From the NCBI GenBank assembly GCA_937951615.1, contig CALFBH010000004.1, positions 63,228 to 127,227 on the forward strand: a stretch of DNA of 64,000 nt. The letters are read 5' to 3'. Made by a program: the position numbers and the translations under genes. Of the stretch, positions 17,801-27,435 are shown one piece after another. The notes beneath the pieces are model-generated. The model was given only the letters and a program-made list of their open reading frames with translations, was not told where the DNA came from and did not search any database. The first letter of the stretch is position 1; each line of letters begins with the position of its first letter. The stretch is from an uncultured Saprospiraceae bacterium. GTDB taxonomy: Bacteria > Bacteroidota > Bacteroidia > Chitinophagales > Saprospiraceae.

Positions 17801-18485
17801 TGCTACGATTTATTACGAAGAACCTTATGATGTAGGAGAATATCCAATAGAAGATAGTACAGCTTATGAGGGGGATATATACAAAGTCACGGCAACCGTT
17901 GAGCATAACATCGGAATGGATAGTATTGCTGGTATATGGGAGCGACATTCCATGTCTAATCTTTTTAAAGAAGGAACTCCACTTATTAATCCTCCCAATT
18001 TTTACGACCTACTCCCTCACGAACAGGTGTATCTTGAAAATCATACTACAAATGAGGCAATTTTGCATGGTTTTGTATATCACTTAAAATACAAATTCGT
18101 GAATAATATGCCTATGCTGGTAGATGAATGGATACCGTTCGATCCATATAATCAAGAAGATAGCCTTTGTGTAGAATACTCGCTGCTATTGAAAAACAAT
18201 ACCAATAGCATTCCTACAATTGAGAAGGAAGATGTCTCTCTTTCTATTATTCCAAATCCTTCGGAGAGTACGCACACCTTATCAATGAATTTGTCCGAAA
18301 CGACTGATATTAATATCGCATTATATGATATGCAAGGCAGACTACTTCACATTATATATGAAGGTATATTGCCACAGGGTAAAAATAATATTAGCAATGA
18401 TATTAGTAGATTATCCCCTGGCATGTATTTCTATCGTATTACAGGCGACAGATGGCAAACTCTTGACAAATTTGTGAAGCTGTAA
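14883..18485 (+). CDS. T9SS-secreted SBBP beta-propeller plus subtilisin-like (S8) serine peptidase; 5' end apparently frameshifted
   Basis: SBBP-like repeats (YGTAIATDAAGNVYVAG..DFVLLKYADDGSLQW). S8 triad contexts VGVFDSGI, DHGTRCAGIIGA and NATSAATAHVSGVAAL. The C-terminal type-A sorting domain is LSIIPNPSES...LYDMQGRLL...GMYFYRIT. The ATG at 14803 and the signal peptide are out of frame across a C8 tract (see findings). Confidence 0.9.
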   Translation: MLTAQTYVNKEWVQSSGTPDEAIDWQASVLDVNGDILITTNTTTAGQSTNILTTKVSAEDGSILWEKEYNHPANDKDYGTAIATDAAGNVYVAGAANIPGAGYDFVLLKYADDGSLQWSKTYDGISAQNDVPVAIAVDGAGNVYVTGGSQNGTALIDYCTIKYDANGNQLWLAHYDYNSLYDAPIALQIDPQGDIVVTGVSAENTSNWESATIKYDASDGTQIAESRIEQSAGIAEPADFTMDDNGNFYITGKTSADGVNYDIRTIKLTANLDIAWVQDYDAAGLEDAGVSIDVDAQGNIFVGGYIHDSGGTRKALVLRYDADGTQVSDETINTSADTEMTIEHIKVEESIVLLTGKMETSGSSKMFARAQDTDNQLLWQKQASGSTESTGKTILMADNSLSAEADKGVFITGTSEGNASIMTTTAKYSRFNPPTDVITNNEGEPLYMDRMVISRFHRNAVIIENIDNRDLTFGRAGTFLTPDAIAILNQNLSFDMNQAYLIKIFPQLSSTLKYSENRLGRQVRVPDFWTSFVVVLPQFATLSPLNQVTVSQASAELELVRSVVRYAHPNHITSVTGYDIEASTPPNDPRYEEQLSLHYVPGNPQSCDTCHINIEPAWNVSVGRPEIKVGVFDSGIYWKHEDFGYDEFTPNSSVVKGGWSFNTGTVEGLDMFNFPDISLAAQTDHGTRCAGIIGAVKDNGIGIAGIAGGTDTDTPGVSLYALKILNSNNNLFFSQTNFAAAAIMSSSLNNVDSMDYDYGLHIQNHSWSFKGGNVSFQQNQLVRDAVHFANRMQVILAAARGNDLSPNGTTDFPACYNDEWVMNVGGSSENGNYWDYAEFGYNLDFVAPADSTGVILSLKSSLTGNEYAEFNATSAATAHVSGVAALMLSHANDSAATYNNLAPEDVEWILENTAKDISDINNLNINPGYDDYTGHGLINAGKAMELLQFPYEVRHISSKTSPTDYNILQTAVNATIYYEEPYDVGEYPIEDSTAYEGDIYKVTATVEHNIGMDSIAGIWERHSMSNLFKEGTPLINPPNFYDLLPHEQVYLENHTTNEAILHGFVYHLKYKFVNNMPMLVDEWIPFDPYNQEDSLCVEYSLLLKNNTNSIPTIEKEDVSLSIIPNPSESTHTLSMNLSETTDINIALYDMQGRLLHIIYEGILPQGKNNISNDISRLSPGMYFYRITGDRWQTLDKFVKL

Positions 18486-18499
18486 CAACCTAACTCTCA

Positions 18500-18540
18500 T
18501 TCCGATCCAGCTATTACTTAGCCGGATCGGAAATAATTTT
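18500..18540 (+). terminator. Possible terminator hairpin after the protease gene
   Basis: ttccgatcc-(15 nt)-ggatcggaa followed by ataattttc. The U-tail is weak. Confidence 0.35.
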
Positions 18541-18547
18541 CTCTGTT

Positions 18548-19687
18548 ATGAAATACAAATATGTATTATGCTTCTATCTGGTGTGTGTGTTATTGATTTC
18601 AGGCACTTGCAAGAAAGAAAACTTATTGACACTATTAACATCGTGTACTCACGATTTCAGCGAGGTTGTAAAGAATGAAGAATATAAAGTACTCCCAGCA
18701 CCTTGTCCAACTGGGATATGGTATGAAGAAGAACCACCATTAAGTGCCTATAACTACTACTCTCCTGTTTTCAATCCAAACAATCCAAATCAAATTGCAT
18801 ATATACGCTTTGATACACTTGCGCCATATCAGCAAAAGGGAGCTTTAGAGCTTCATACTTTTGATTTTTGTTCTGGTGAAGTAAGTATTGTAAATAGAGA
18901 TTCTATTGTAAGTTATACTGTAGAGTGGAGTAGTAAAGACTGGCTGTTATACAGAAAATGGTTCAAAGATATTTATAAAATAAAATCGAACGGTCAGTCC
19001 AAAACAAAAGTTGTTGATACATATATTAGTTTAAGCCAGAATCGCATTCCCATTTGGAGCGGCTCAGGTGATCATTTAGCCTGGTCAGGTGATGAACGAC
19101 CATTAATATACGGACTTTATGATAACAGCACCTGTGGTTTTGTGATTATGAACGAAAACGGTATGAAAGTCGACACCATATCCGAGTTTTGCAAGGTAGT
19201 TCCAAGCGGAGGTGTTCTATTTCAGAATTTTAATCTGAATCTTGAAATTGCCGACCATTTTTCATGGAGCAAAGACAACACAAAAATAGCTTGCGATGCA
19301 AGTGCCTATGTAGATTATCTATATTTATACGGCTTATTTTATTATGATTTTACTTTAGATGAAATAGTTTTTGTAGATGACCTGAATGCTTACCCTTGGT
19401 ACGGCAAAGTCACCGACACCGACTGGACACCCGACAGCCGAAAACTGGTGTGGAGTACGGAGCGCAGCGTCGGTTGGAAAGACATCTATTCCGGCGAAAG
19501 AAAAATCATCCTCACCGGACATGAAAACAGAAAGTATGAAAGCATAGATGTATCGCCCGACGGCAAAACCATTGCCATAGAACGCCTGAACAGGGTAAAC
19601 GTAAACGGCTGCACCAAAGTGGAACGAGCTATTTATCTGGTGAATATGGACGGCACGGATGAACGAAGGGTTTTGGTACCAGAGTAA
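18548..19687 (+). CDS. TolB/PD40-like beta-propeller lipoprotein, paralog A
   Basis: Signal/lipobox-like MKYKYVLCFYLVCVLLISGTC. PD40-like SPDGKTIAIERL and TPDSRKLVWS. Shares FNPNNPNQIAY and IYKIKSNG blocks with the next ORF. Confidence 0.7.
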   Translation: MKYKYVLCFYLVCVLLISGTCKKENLLTLLTSCTHDFSEVVKNEEYKVLPAPCPTGIWYEEEPPLSAYNYYSPVFNPNNPNQIAYIRFDTLAPYQQKGALELHTFDFCSGEVSIVNRDSIVSYTVEWSSKDWLLYRKWFKDIYKIKSNGQSKTKVVDTYISLSQNRIPIWSGSGDHLAWSGDERPLIYGLYDNSTCGFVIMNENGMKVDTISEFCKVVPSGGVLFQNFNLNLEIADHFSWSKDNTKIACDASAYVDYLYLYGLFYYDFTLDEIVFVDDLNAYPWYGKVTDTDWTPDSRKLVWSTERSVGWKDIYSGERKIILTGHENRKYESIDVSPDGKTIAIERLNRVNVNGCTKVERAIYLVNMDGTDERRVLVPE

Positions 19688-19802
19688 TTCATTTATCAGG
19701 GTTCATTTATCATTTCCAATAGGGCGTGTTCATTTTCTAATAGATGTGTACAAGTTCTGTATGATAAATGTTAAATGGTCAATGATAAATGTTCAATGAC
19801 AA

Positions 19803-20780
19803 ATGAACATGAAAACAACAACTTTTATTATTGCGATAAGCATCAGCTTATGTGCCTGTTCTTCCGCATTTTTTGCCTGCGAACAAGAATCTTTGGATGA
19901 CATTATTGACCATTGTCTGTTCAATAACACAGAACTTTTAGAAGACCATAATATACTTGGGTCCAGTAGCGGAATGCAGCAATGGCAGGTACTCGGCCCA
20001 GACTACCAGCATCCGCACTTCAACCCAAACAACCTCAATGAAATTGCTTTTCAGAAAAGCCGGGAAATATGGATTATAGATATGTGCACAGGAGAAAAAC
20101 GACTACTGATACCAGACTATGTCTCCAGCCTCTGGGACTGGGGCAAGACCGACTGGCTGATTTATACCAATACCGGCATGGATTTGTACAAAATAAAATC
20201 CAATGGCGACAGCCTGACCCGATTGACCACTTATGGCATATACAACACAAATGCACTCTTCAACTCTACAGGGGATAAGTATGTGTATAGAAAAATCATG
20301 GACGCCGAGGGTTTTTCGATTATTGCTAACCTTGACGGTGTTCATCTGGATACTATCGGTGGCCCTATGCGCTCGGACAGGATGCATTGGTTTGAAGATG
20401 GGAGATTATGTGGCAGAAACAGCGAAGGCATTGGATTTATTGACATTGCTTCTTTTGAAATGACCGCAATCGATTTTATTTATCTTCACTTCACCGTATA
20501 TGGGGCGCATTATTTGTATGATGATGCAAGTATTCTGTGGGGTACAAAGCAGTATTTGTTTCGTACAAATGTCGATACAGGCGAGCGTGCTATCATCAAA
20601 CAAGGAAGTGTTTCGCAGGTTTACCGAGAGTTTGATGTATCGCCCGACCAAAGTACGATTTTGGTCATTCGCTCCGATATGACACCTGGCTCGCCGAGTT
20701 ATATTATTGAGGAACGCAAACATCTCTGCCTGATGGATATTGACGGGCGGCATGAGCGACGGATGATGATTGACTGGTAG
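19803..20780 (+). CDS. TolB/PD40-like beta-propeller lipoprotein, paralog B
   Basis: Signal peptide ending SLCACSS. Blocks FNPNNLNEIAF, LYKIKSNGDS and SPDQSTILV parallel 18548..19687. Confidence 0.7.
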   Translation: MNMKTTTFIIAISISLCACSSAFFACEQESLDDIIDHCLFNNTELLEDHNILGSSSGMQQWQVLGPDYQHPHFNPNNLNEIAFQKSREIWIIDMCTGEKRLLIPDYVSSLWDWGKTDWLIYTNTGMDLYKIKSNGDSLTRLTTYGIYNTNALFNSTGDKYVYRKIMDAEGFSIIANLDGVHLDTIGGPMRSDRMHWFEDGRLCGRNSEGIGFIDIASFEMTAIDFIYLHFTVYGAHYLYDDASILWGTKQYLFRTNVDTGERAIIKQGSVSQVYREFDVSPDQSTILVIRSDMTPGSPSYIIEERKHLCLMDIDGRHERRMMIDW

Positions 20781-20938
20781 TCATTATCTAGTTTTATTAA
20801 CCAAATACAACATTTCCGCATAAAAAACCGCCAATGTCTAGCAGGATATAAAAAATTGTGTTTTCTTTGTTGTGCAAATTTAAAAACAATCATTGAGGAG
20901 TATTTTTTTCCTCCAACCCAATAGTCGTCCATAGGGAA

Positions 20939-21874
20939 ATGATAAGTAGAAGAAACGTTCGCATCAAAGTGATGCAAGTATTATATGCTATGAATCGCGA
21001 TGCAGCCGTCACTGCTCGGATTTCAAAAAAGCATTATGACGAGAGTGTAGAAACCTCGTACAGGATATATTTGCTTAATGTACTTCAATTGTACAAGTTA
21101 GCAGAGTATGTATTGCAGGATGCCGAATTGCGCAAGAAAAAGCATCTGCCTACCGAAGAAGATAAAAATCTTTCCACTAAGTTATTCCACAATCCTGTTA
21201 TTCAAACCATCGCCAACAGTGATGCGTTTAATACTTTAGTAAAGAAGCATAAGCTCTCTAAGCTACTGGACAGTGATTTCACTCGAAAGATGTATCTGGA
21301 GTTTTCTAAGTCAGATCTCTTCAAGACCTACCAACGCAATCAGGAGACTCAATTGGAAGATGACCGCGAATTATTGCTGGAAATGTACAAATTTCTGGTC
21401 AAGCATGAGCTGTTTGAAGAGCGTCTGGAAGACTATTTCACGAGTTGGCAAGATGACAAATCTCTTGTCGTTGGTGCTATGAAAAAAACCATCAAGCGGG
21501 CCAACGGAGAAGAATACTTCCATGAGCAACACCTTCCAGAAACGGAAACGGTTAGAGAATTTGGTGAAGACCTGCTGCATAAGGTCATGACTTTTGATAC
21601 TGATTTGTTGGAATTGATTGAGCCGATGTTGCAAAACTGGGAAGCCGAGCGCGTTGCTATCCTGGACATGATTCTGCTCAAAATGGCGGTTTGCGAATTG
21701 CTTCACTTTGAAACCATTCCAACCAAAGTCACGATTAACGAATACGTTGATATTTCTAAAATTTACAGCACGCCAAAAAGTAAAGAGTTTATCAATGGCG
21801 TACTCGACAAGCTGATGAAAAGGTTACAGGAGGAAGGTAAAATCAATAAAGAAGGACGTGGGCTGAAAGACTAA
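20939..21874 (+). CDS. nusB: Transcription antitermination factor NusB (long Bacteroidota form)
   Basis: N-terminus MISRRNVRIKVMQVLYAM. C-terminal ERVAILDMILLKMAVCELLHF..IPTKVTINEYVDISKIYSTPKSKEFINGVLDKL. Confidence 0.9.
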   Translation: MISRRNVRIKVMQVLYAMNRDAAVTARISKKHYDESVETSYRIYLLNVLQLYKLAEYVLQDAELRKKKHLPTEEDKNLSTKLFHNPVIQTIANSDAFNTLVKKHKLSKLLDSDFTRKMYLEFSKSDLFKTYQRNQETQLEDDRELLLEMYKFLVKHELFEERLEDYFTSWQDDKSLVVGAMKKTIKRANGEEYFHEQHLPETETVREFGEDLLHKVMTFDTDLLELIEPMLQNWEAERVAILDMILLKMAVCELLHFETIPTKVTINEYVDISKIYSTPKSKEFINGVLDKLMKRLQEEGKINKEGRGLKD

Positions 21875-22062
21875 GTAGTCTCAGTAGCAGTCTTAATTTC
21901 CAATTCCGAAAACTTCATTTCACACTTTTAAGAAAATCTTAATTAGTGGCTACATCTCTATAAAATCTAATCCAAACTGTTATTTTTGTGCTTTCCACAC
22001 AAGAAAAGCAGCTTCTTTCCGTTTGTAGTGGGCTTTTACATTTGAAAATAGTGAACTAAATT

Positions 22063-22986
22063 ATGAATTACACAGTAAAAATTATTTTGTTGGGCTGTAT
22101 GTCTATTTTATTGACTGCCTGCATTAGTAAAAAAGAATACGCAAAAATCCAGACTCAACTCGCTGATGCCAATAAAAATCTGGATGAGTATGGAGAGACG
22201 GTCAATGATTATATGACAAAATTATCTGCCTGCGAAAGAAATGCAGAAAAACTCAAAGGACAGGTAAAAAGTGCCAAGGGCAATCTCAAGTTGCGCGAAG
22301 AGCAAATTAAGGATTTGAAAGATCAGGTTTCGGATGTCCGCACACAACGCGACAAGCAGTTCAATCAGGTGGACGACCTGACCGTTCTGACTCAGGAAGC
22401 CAACCAGAATATTGAAAAGACCTTATCTCAATTAGAGCGCAAAGACAAGTACATCCAATATATACAGGAAGCCAAAACCAAGGCAGATTCTATGAATTTG
22501 GCATTGGCTGTCAATCTGAAAAGTGTATTGGAAGACGGCATTTCTGATGCAGATGTACAGGTAGAAGTGGATAAAACAGTGGTTTTTGTAAACCTATCCG
22601 ACAAAATGTTATTCCACAGTGGCAGCTCTATCGTCACACAAAGAGCAGATGAAGTACTGGGTAAAATTGCTAAAATTATTCAGTCGCGTCCTACCCTAGA
22701 AGTGATGGTGGAAGGCTATACAGATAATGTGCAAATCAGCCGCCCTTGCATGGAAGACAATTGGGATTTGAGTGTCAAACGCGCTACTGCGGTTGTTCGC
22801 AAATTGCACAAAGAGCATAATGTAAATCCTAATCGCCTGATTGCTGCCGGACGTGGAGAGTATAATTCGCTTACGCTAAATGATACAGAAGCCGGACGCG
22901 CCATGAATCGCCGGACACGCATTATCATTCTGCCAAAACTAGATGAGTTTTACGAATTGCTTGATCCTAATAATGTGCCGAAATAA
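22063..22986 (+). CDS. OmpA/MotB-family lipoprotein with an N-terminal coiled coil
   Basis: Lipobox LLTAC. OmpA_C motifs VEGYTDN, NWDLSVKRATAV and NRRTRIIILP. Confidence 0.88.
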   Translation: MNYTVKIILLGCMSILLTACISKKEYAKIQTQLADANKNLDEYGETVNDYMTKLSACERNAEKLKGQVKSAKGNLKLREEQIKDLKDQVSDVRTQRDKQFNQVDDLTVLTQEANQNIEKTLSQLERKDKYIQYIQEAKTKADSMNLALAVNLKSVLEDGISDADVQVEVDKTVVFVNLSDKMLFHSGSSIVTQRADEVLGKIAKIIQSRPTLEVMVEGYTDNVQISRPCMEDNWDLSVKRATAVVRKLHKEHNVNPNRLIAAGRGEYNSLTLNDTEAGRAMNRRTRIIILPKLDEFYELLDPNNVPK

Positions 22987-23001
22987 TTAATTATGAATGT
23001 G

Positions 23002-23063
23002 TTAATTACGAATTACGAATCTACGTCCAATTCGTAATTATCAGATTCGTAATTCGTAATTAA
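23002..23063. repeat. Perfect 19-bp-stem hairpin built from AATTACG heptamer words
   Basis: ttaattacgaattacgaat (23002-23020) pairs perfectly with attcgtaattcgtaattaa (23045-23063). Related copies at 40063-40135 and 50205-50252. Confidence 0.8.
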
Positions 23064-23068
23064 ACACT

Positions 23069-23614
23069 ATGAAATATATTTCCATGCTTCGCGGCATCAA
23101 TGTCGGCGGTAGAAAGAAGATCAAAATGGCTGAACTTCGGGAGATGTATGTCGCCCTTGGTTTTGAGGACGTGAACAGTTATATCCAAAGTGGCAATGTT
23201 GTTTTTGACTATAAAAAAACGAAGCCCGCTGAACTGGAAGCACAGATTAAACAAGCCATTCAGGATACTTTTGGCTTTGATGTTCCAGTACGCATCAGGA
23301 CAGCGGACGACTTTAAGCACATCATCAATAGCCATCCATTTTTTGATGCGGAGCAGGAATTGAAATTATTTCACGTTACTTTTTTGGCGGAAGCCCCAAA
23401 TACTGAAGCCCTTCAAAGCATTGCTGATTTCCAATATAAAGAAGATCTTTTTCAAATTGATGGAGACAAGATACACCTCTACTGCCCCGGAGGATATGGG
23501 GAAACTAAGCTATCCAATAATTTTTTCGAGCGTAAGCTCAAAGTTTCTGCTACAACTCGAAATTGGAAGACTGTTTTGAAATTATATGAAATGGCTATTG
23601 CGGATTGTCCATAG
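23069..23614 (+). CDS. DUF1697 family protein
   Basis: N-terminus MKYISMLRGINVGGRKKIKMAELR is the DUF1697 hallmark. Confidence 0.85.
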   Translation: MKYISMLRGINVGGRKKIKMAELREMYVALGFEDVNSYIQSGNVVFDYKKTKPAELEAQIKQAIQDTFGFDVPVRIRTADDFKHIINSHPFFDAEQELKLFHVTFLAEAPNTEALQSIADFQYKEDLFQIDGDKIHLYCPGGYGETKLSNNFFERKLKVSATTRNWKTVLKLYEMAIADCP

Positions 23615-23743
23615 TCCATAGTCCATAGTCCGCAGTCGATGGTTGTTTGATGGATAAAAAAATGAATTCATTCATTTTTCACACATTTTGCGAAGCAAAA
23701 TAACATGCATTTTCTATCGACCATGGACCATGGACTATCGACC
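23608..23743. repeat. Hairpin element E1: heptamer-word arms plus a TTTTGC-N3-GCAAAA core
   Basis: Left arm is tccatagtccatagtccatagtccgcagtcgatgg. Core is cattttgcgaagcaaaat (23684-23701). Right arm is ctatcgaccatggaccatggactatcgacc. Confidence 0.8.
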
Positions 23744-23752
23744 AAAACCAAG

Positions 23753-24571
23753 CTACCTCCCCCCCACATCCACAGCTTCATATTCAGGAAAGACAATCTT
23801 AACACCATGTTCCTGTAAAGCAGATTTAATATTTTTATACACGCCATAATAAACTGCCCAGTAATCTTCTGGCTTGGCATAAGGATAGACATCCAAATGA
23901 ATATTATATTCTCCAAAACTGCTGATTTCTACTTCGGGAACTGGTGTATCCAGCACTTTTGGCGTAGCTCGAATAGCTGCTAGAATAACGCCTTGGATGC
24001 GTTCAAAATCCTCTACATAAGCCATCATAATACTCAAGTCTATACGCACATAATCAAATGCGGAGCGATTCACAATAATACCATTGGTCACGACACCATT
24101 TGGAATGATGATTCGCTTGTTTTGAGGCGACCGGATGACGGTATTGAACACCTCAATTTCTTCAACATGCCCCAGTTTTCCTTCAATTTCTACGAGGTCT
24201 CCTGTTTTGTATGGCTTAAATAACAAAATCATCACGCCAGAAGCAAAATGCCCCAGTGTCCCCTGTAGTGCCATTCCAACTGCCAGTCCCAACATGCCCA
24301 GTAAAGCAATGAAAGACGTGGTTTCTATGCCTAGCATTCCGGCAACACTTAGTATCAATAAAACTTTAAGAATGACACTAACCAGAGAAGATAAAAAAGG
24401 AACAACATCTCCATCTAACCCTGAACGCTCCATAGAACGGCGAATGACAACCATCAGCCTGCCAATAATCCAGAGTCCGATAATTAAGACCAGAATTGCT
24501 CCTACTAAACGTGGTGCCAGGTCAATGAGCTGCCCCAGCCAAGATTCCGCTTTCTCAAGTAATAATTCCAT
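23753..24571 (-). CDS. Small-conductance mechanosensitive channel (MscS family)
   Basis: Three TM helices followed by the MscS beta-domain motif YKTGDLVEIEGKLGHVEEIEVFNTVIRSPQNKRIIIPNG. Confidence 0.88.
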   Translation of the reverse strand: MELLLEKAESWLGQLIDLAPRLVGAILVLIIGLWIIGRLMVVIRRSMERSGLDGDVVPFLSSLVSVILKVLLILSVAGMLGIETTSFIALLGMLGLAVGMALQGTLGHFASGVMILLFKPYKTGDLVEIEGKLGHVEEIEVFNTVIRSPQNKRIIIPNGVVTNGIIVNRSAFDYVRIDLSIMMAYVEDFERIQGVILAAIRATPKVLDTPVPEVEISSFGEYNIHLDVYPYAKPEDYWAVYYGVYKNIKSALQEHGVKIVFPEYEAVDVGGR

Positions 24572-24716
24572 AAATTATTAATGTTTTTTGTTTATTAAAT
24601 GTACAAATCAAATAGACTATAAAGCAGGTTAAATAATTGGACAACAGCCCAATATCCTAATTCAAGCCATAAACACAAGTATACGAAATTATTTCAAATA
24701 AGATTCAAAACACGTT

Positions 24717-25898
24717 CTAAAGCACTTCAAATAAGCCCGCAGCGCCCATGCCGCCGCCTACACACATGGTAGAAACAACATATTTCGCGCCCCGACGCTT
24801 ACCTTCAATCAAGGCATGAGCCACCATTCTCGAACCACTCATTCCATAAGGATGCCCAATAGAAATAGAGCCGCCATTGACATTTAAAATATCATCCGAA
24901 ATTCCCAGGCGTTCTCTGCAATAAATAACCTGTACTGCAAAAGCCTCATTCAATTCCCACAAGCCAATGTCTTCTATCTTTAATCCGTGTTGCTTCAATA
25001 ATTTTGGAACAGCAAAGACAGGTCCGATGCCCATTTCATCCGGCTCGCAGCCCGCTACCGCTATCCCTCTATAAATCCCCAATGGCTGAATGCCTTCTTT
25101 TTCTGCCAGCTTTCGTTCCATCAATACACAGGCAGAAGCTCCGTCCGATAATTGACTAGCATTGCCTGCTGTTATCGTTCCACCTTCAGTCACTAGGCGC
25201 AATCCTGCTAGTCCTTCCGCTGTTGTTCCAGGTCGATTGCCTTCATCTTTTGCAAGCGTCACTTCATGATAAGTGATTTCTTTAGTTGCTTTATCCATCA
25301 CAGCCTTGGTGGTTGTAATTGACATAATTTCATCATCAAATTTTCCAGCTTCCTGGGCTGCTGCGGTGCGCATCTGGCTTTGATAGCCATAGGCATCCTG
25401 CTGCTCTCTGCTGATATTGTATCGCTTCGCCACGACTTCTGCAGTTTGTAACATCGGCATATAAACGTGTTTATGAATGGCGACCAAGTTTTTATCCAAT
25501 GCTCTGTGCAAGTTCATATTTTGGTTTTGTACCAGGCTCACGGATTCCAGTCCTCCACCTATCACAATGTCCATCCCATCATACATAATCTGCTTGGCTG
25601 CTGTAGCAATTCCCATCATACCAGAAGAACACTGGCGGTCAATACTCATGCCACTTGTCGTCACAGGAAGTCCCCCTGCCAGAGCAGCCAATCGACCGAT
25701 ATTTCCGCCTGTTGTTCCCTGCTGCAAGGCACAGCCCATCACCACATCTTCCACTCGTGCCGGGTCTATTCCAGCTCTTTTCACTGCTTCCCGAATGGTC
25801 CAACCTGCCATGGTAGGCGCATTGGTATTATTCAAAGCACCTTTATAGGCTTTTCCAATTGGCGTTCTTGCCGTAGATACGATAACAGCTTCTTTCAT
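24717..25898 (-). CDS. Acetyl-CoA C-acyltransferase (thiolase)
   Basis: Thiolase motifs [10 protein letters not shown] (active Cys), NEAFA and [21 protein letters not shown]. Confidence 0.92.
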   Translation of the reverse strand: MKEAVIVSTARTPIGKAYKGALNNTNAPTMAGWTIREAVKRAGIDPARVEDVVMGCALQQGTTGGNIGRLAALAGGLPVTTSGMSIDRQCSSGMMGIATAAKQIMYDGMDIVIGGGLESVSLVQNQNMNLHRALDKNLVAIHKHVYMPMLQTAEVVAKRYNISREQQDAYGYQSQMRTAAAQEAGKFDDEIMSITTTKAVMDKATKEITYHEVTLAKDEGNRPGTTAEGLAGLRLVTEGGTITAGNASQLSDGASACVLMERKLAEKEGIQPLGIYRGIAVAGCEPDEMGIGPVFAVPKLLKQHGLKIEDIGLWELNEAFAVQVIYCRERLGISDDILNVNGGSISIGHPYGMSGSRMVAHALIEGKRRGAKYVVSTMCVGGGMGAAGLFEVL

Positions 25899-26011
25899 CT
25901 TGTTTTATTTTTTTATACTCGTCAATAAAATTCTAATAGGTATGAATGGTTGAAGTTACTTTAATTTTTAAAATTAAATACGTAGGTTTATAAAAACATT
26001 GGAGAATTATC

Positions 26012-27430
26012 ATGCAAGTATCAAAAAGCACCAAATTATTATACGGACTAGGTTTTTCTGCCCAGGGTATAAAAGATGGATTGTTTCAGGTTTTTCTGTT
26101 TTTTTACTTCAATCAGATTTTGGGGTTAGACCCAGCACTCACGGGTACAGCAACCATCATTGCCTTGCTTTTTGATGCCATTTCAGATCCGCTTGTGGGC
26201 GTCATTTCCGACAATTGGACATCAAAAAAATGGGGGCGACGTCATCCTTTTATGTTTTTATCGGCTATTCCTATGGGCATTTTTATCTGGCTACTTTTTC
26301 TTCCGCCGGAAGGTCTTGGACAGATGGAACTATTCTGGTGGATGGTGGTCTTTACTATACTTGTTCGTATTTCACTCACCTTATTTATTGTCCCTGCGAT
26401 GTCGCTTGGTGCGGAGCTTTCGACCGACTATGAGGAACGGACTTCCATTACCAGTTTCCGCGTGATGTTTTCGGCATTTATGTCTACAGTCATTATATTT
26501 ATCGGTTTTTTAGTCTACTTTGTGCCTACAGAAGAGTACGAGCGTGGTTTGATGAACAAAGAAGCCTACCCCAAATTTGCCCTGCTGAGTGCCATCGTTA
26601 TTATCATCTGTATTTTTATAAGTACCTGGGGCACCAGAAAAGAAATCCCCCGATTGCAGGCGGCTTTGGATCAACAACAACGTCGTGCCGTTTCTCTTGG
26701 GCAGTTGTTCAGCAACTTAAGAAATATGATCAAGTTGAAATCCTTCAATTCCCTAGTCATTTATACTATGATTGTATATATCGGTCTTGGGATAGGGACA
26801 GTTTTCACGACTTATTTTATGGAGTATTATTTCAAATTGAGTAGCACTGAAATGATTATTCTACCTATAGCCTCAGGTCTAGGTGGTATATTGGCACTTA
26901 TATTTACGCCTATTCTTGCCCGAAAATTTGATAAGAAAAAAACGGTCATTATCAGTACCATTCTATTTGCCTTCTTTTTTTCTGCGCCTTATAATTTCCG
27001 CTTATTAGGTCTATTTCCCGAAAACGGTGATTCCGCCTTAATCTGGTTATTTTTCTTAGCTGTCATGGGGGGCTATATGTTTTTGTGGGCAGTATTGAGT
27101 CTCGTCAATTCCATGATGGCCGATGTCGTAGATGAATACGAACTCAATGCACAACAAAGGGATGAAGGCTTGTTTTTTTCCGTCTTATCTTTTGCGTATA
27201 AAATGACGGTCGGTGTAGGCTACTTTGTAGCAGGTATATTACTCAAAGTGATTAGTTTCCCCAATACCCCAACAGAACAAGCGATACCACAAACAGCGAT
27301 AGACGGACTAGGCAAAATAGGCGGTCCATGCTTGCTGGCAATTTACCTGGCTTCAATCTTCTTCATTATTATGTATCCAATCAGCCGCAGCAGATATAAA
27401 GAAATTAGAACTCAATTAGAATCAAAATAG
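26012..27430 (+). CDS. MFS transporter, GPH-like symporter family
   Basis: About 12 TM segments. GPH-type motif DPLVGVISDNWTSKKWGRRHPFM. Confidence 0.8.
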   Translation: MQVSKSTKLLYGLGFSAQGIKDGLFQVFLFFYFNQILGLDPALTGTATIIALLFDAISDPLVGVISDNWTSKKWGRRHPFMFLSAIPMGIFIWLLFLPPEGLGQMELFWWMVVFTILVRISLTLFIVPAMSLGAELSTDYEERTSITSFRVMFSAFMSTVIIFIGFLVYFVPTEEYERGLMNKEAYPKFALLSAIVIIICIFISTWGTRKEIPRLQAALDQQQRRAVSLGQLFSNLRNMIKLKSFNSLVIYTMIVYIGLGIGTVFTTYFMEYYFKLSSTEMIILPIASGLGGILALIFTPILARKFDKKKTVIISTILFAFFFSAPYNFRLLGLFPENGDSALIWLFFLAVMGGYMFLWAVLSLVNSMMADVVDEYELNAQQRDEGLFFSVLSFAYKMTVGVGYFVAGILLKVISFPNTPTEQAIPQTAIDGLGKIGGPCLLAIYLASIFFIIMYPISRSRYKEIRTQLESK

Positions 27431-27435
27431 AAAAA

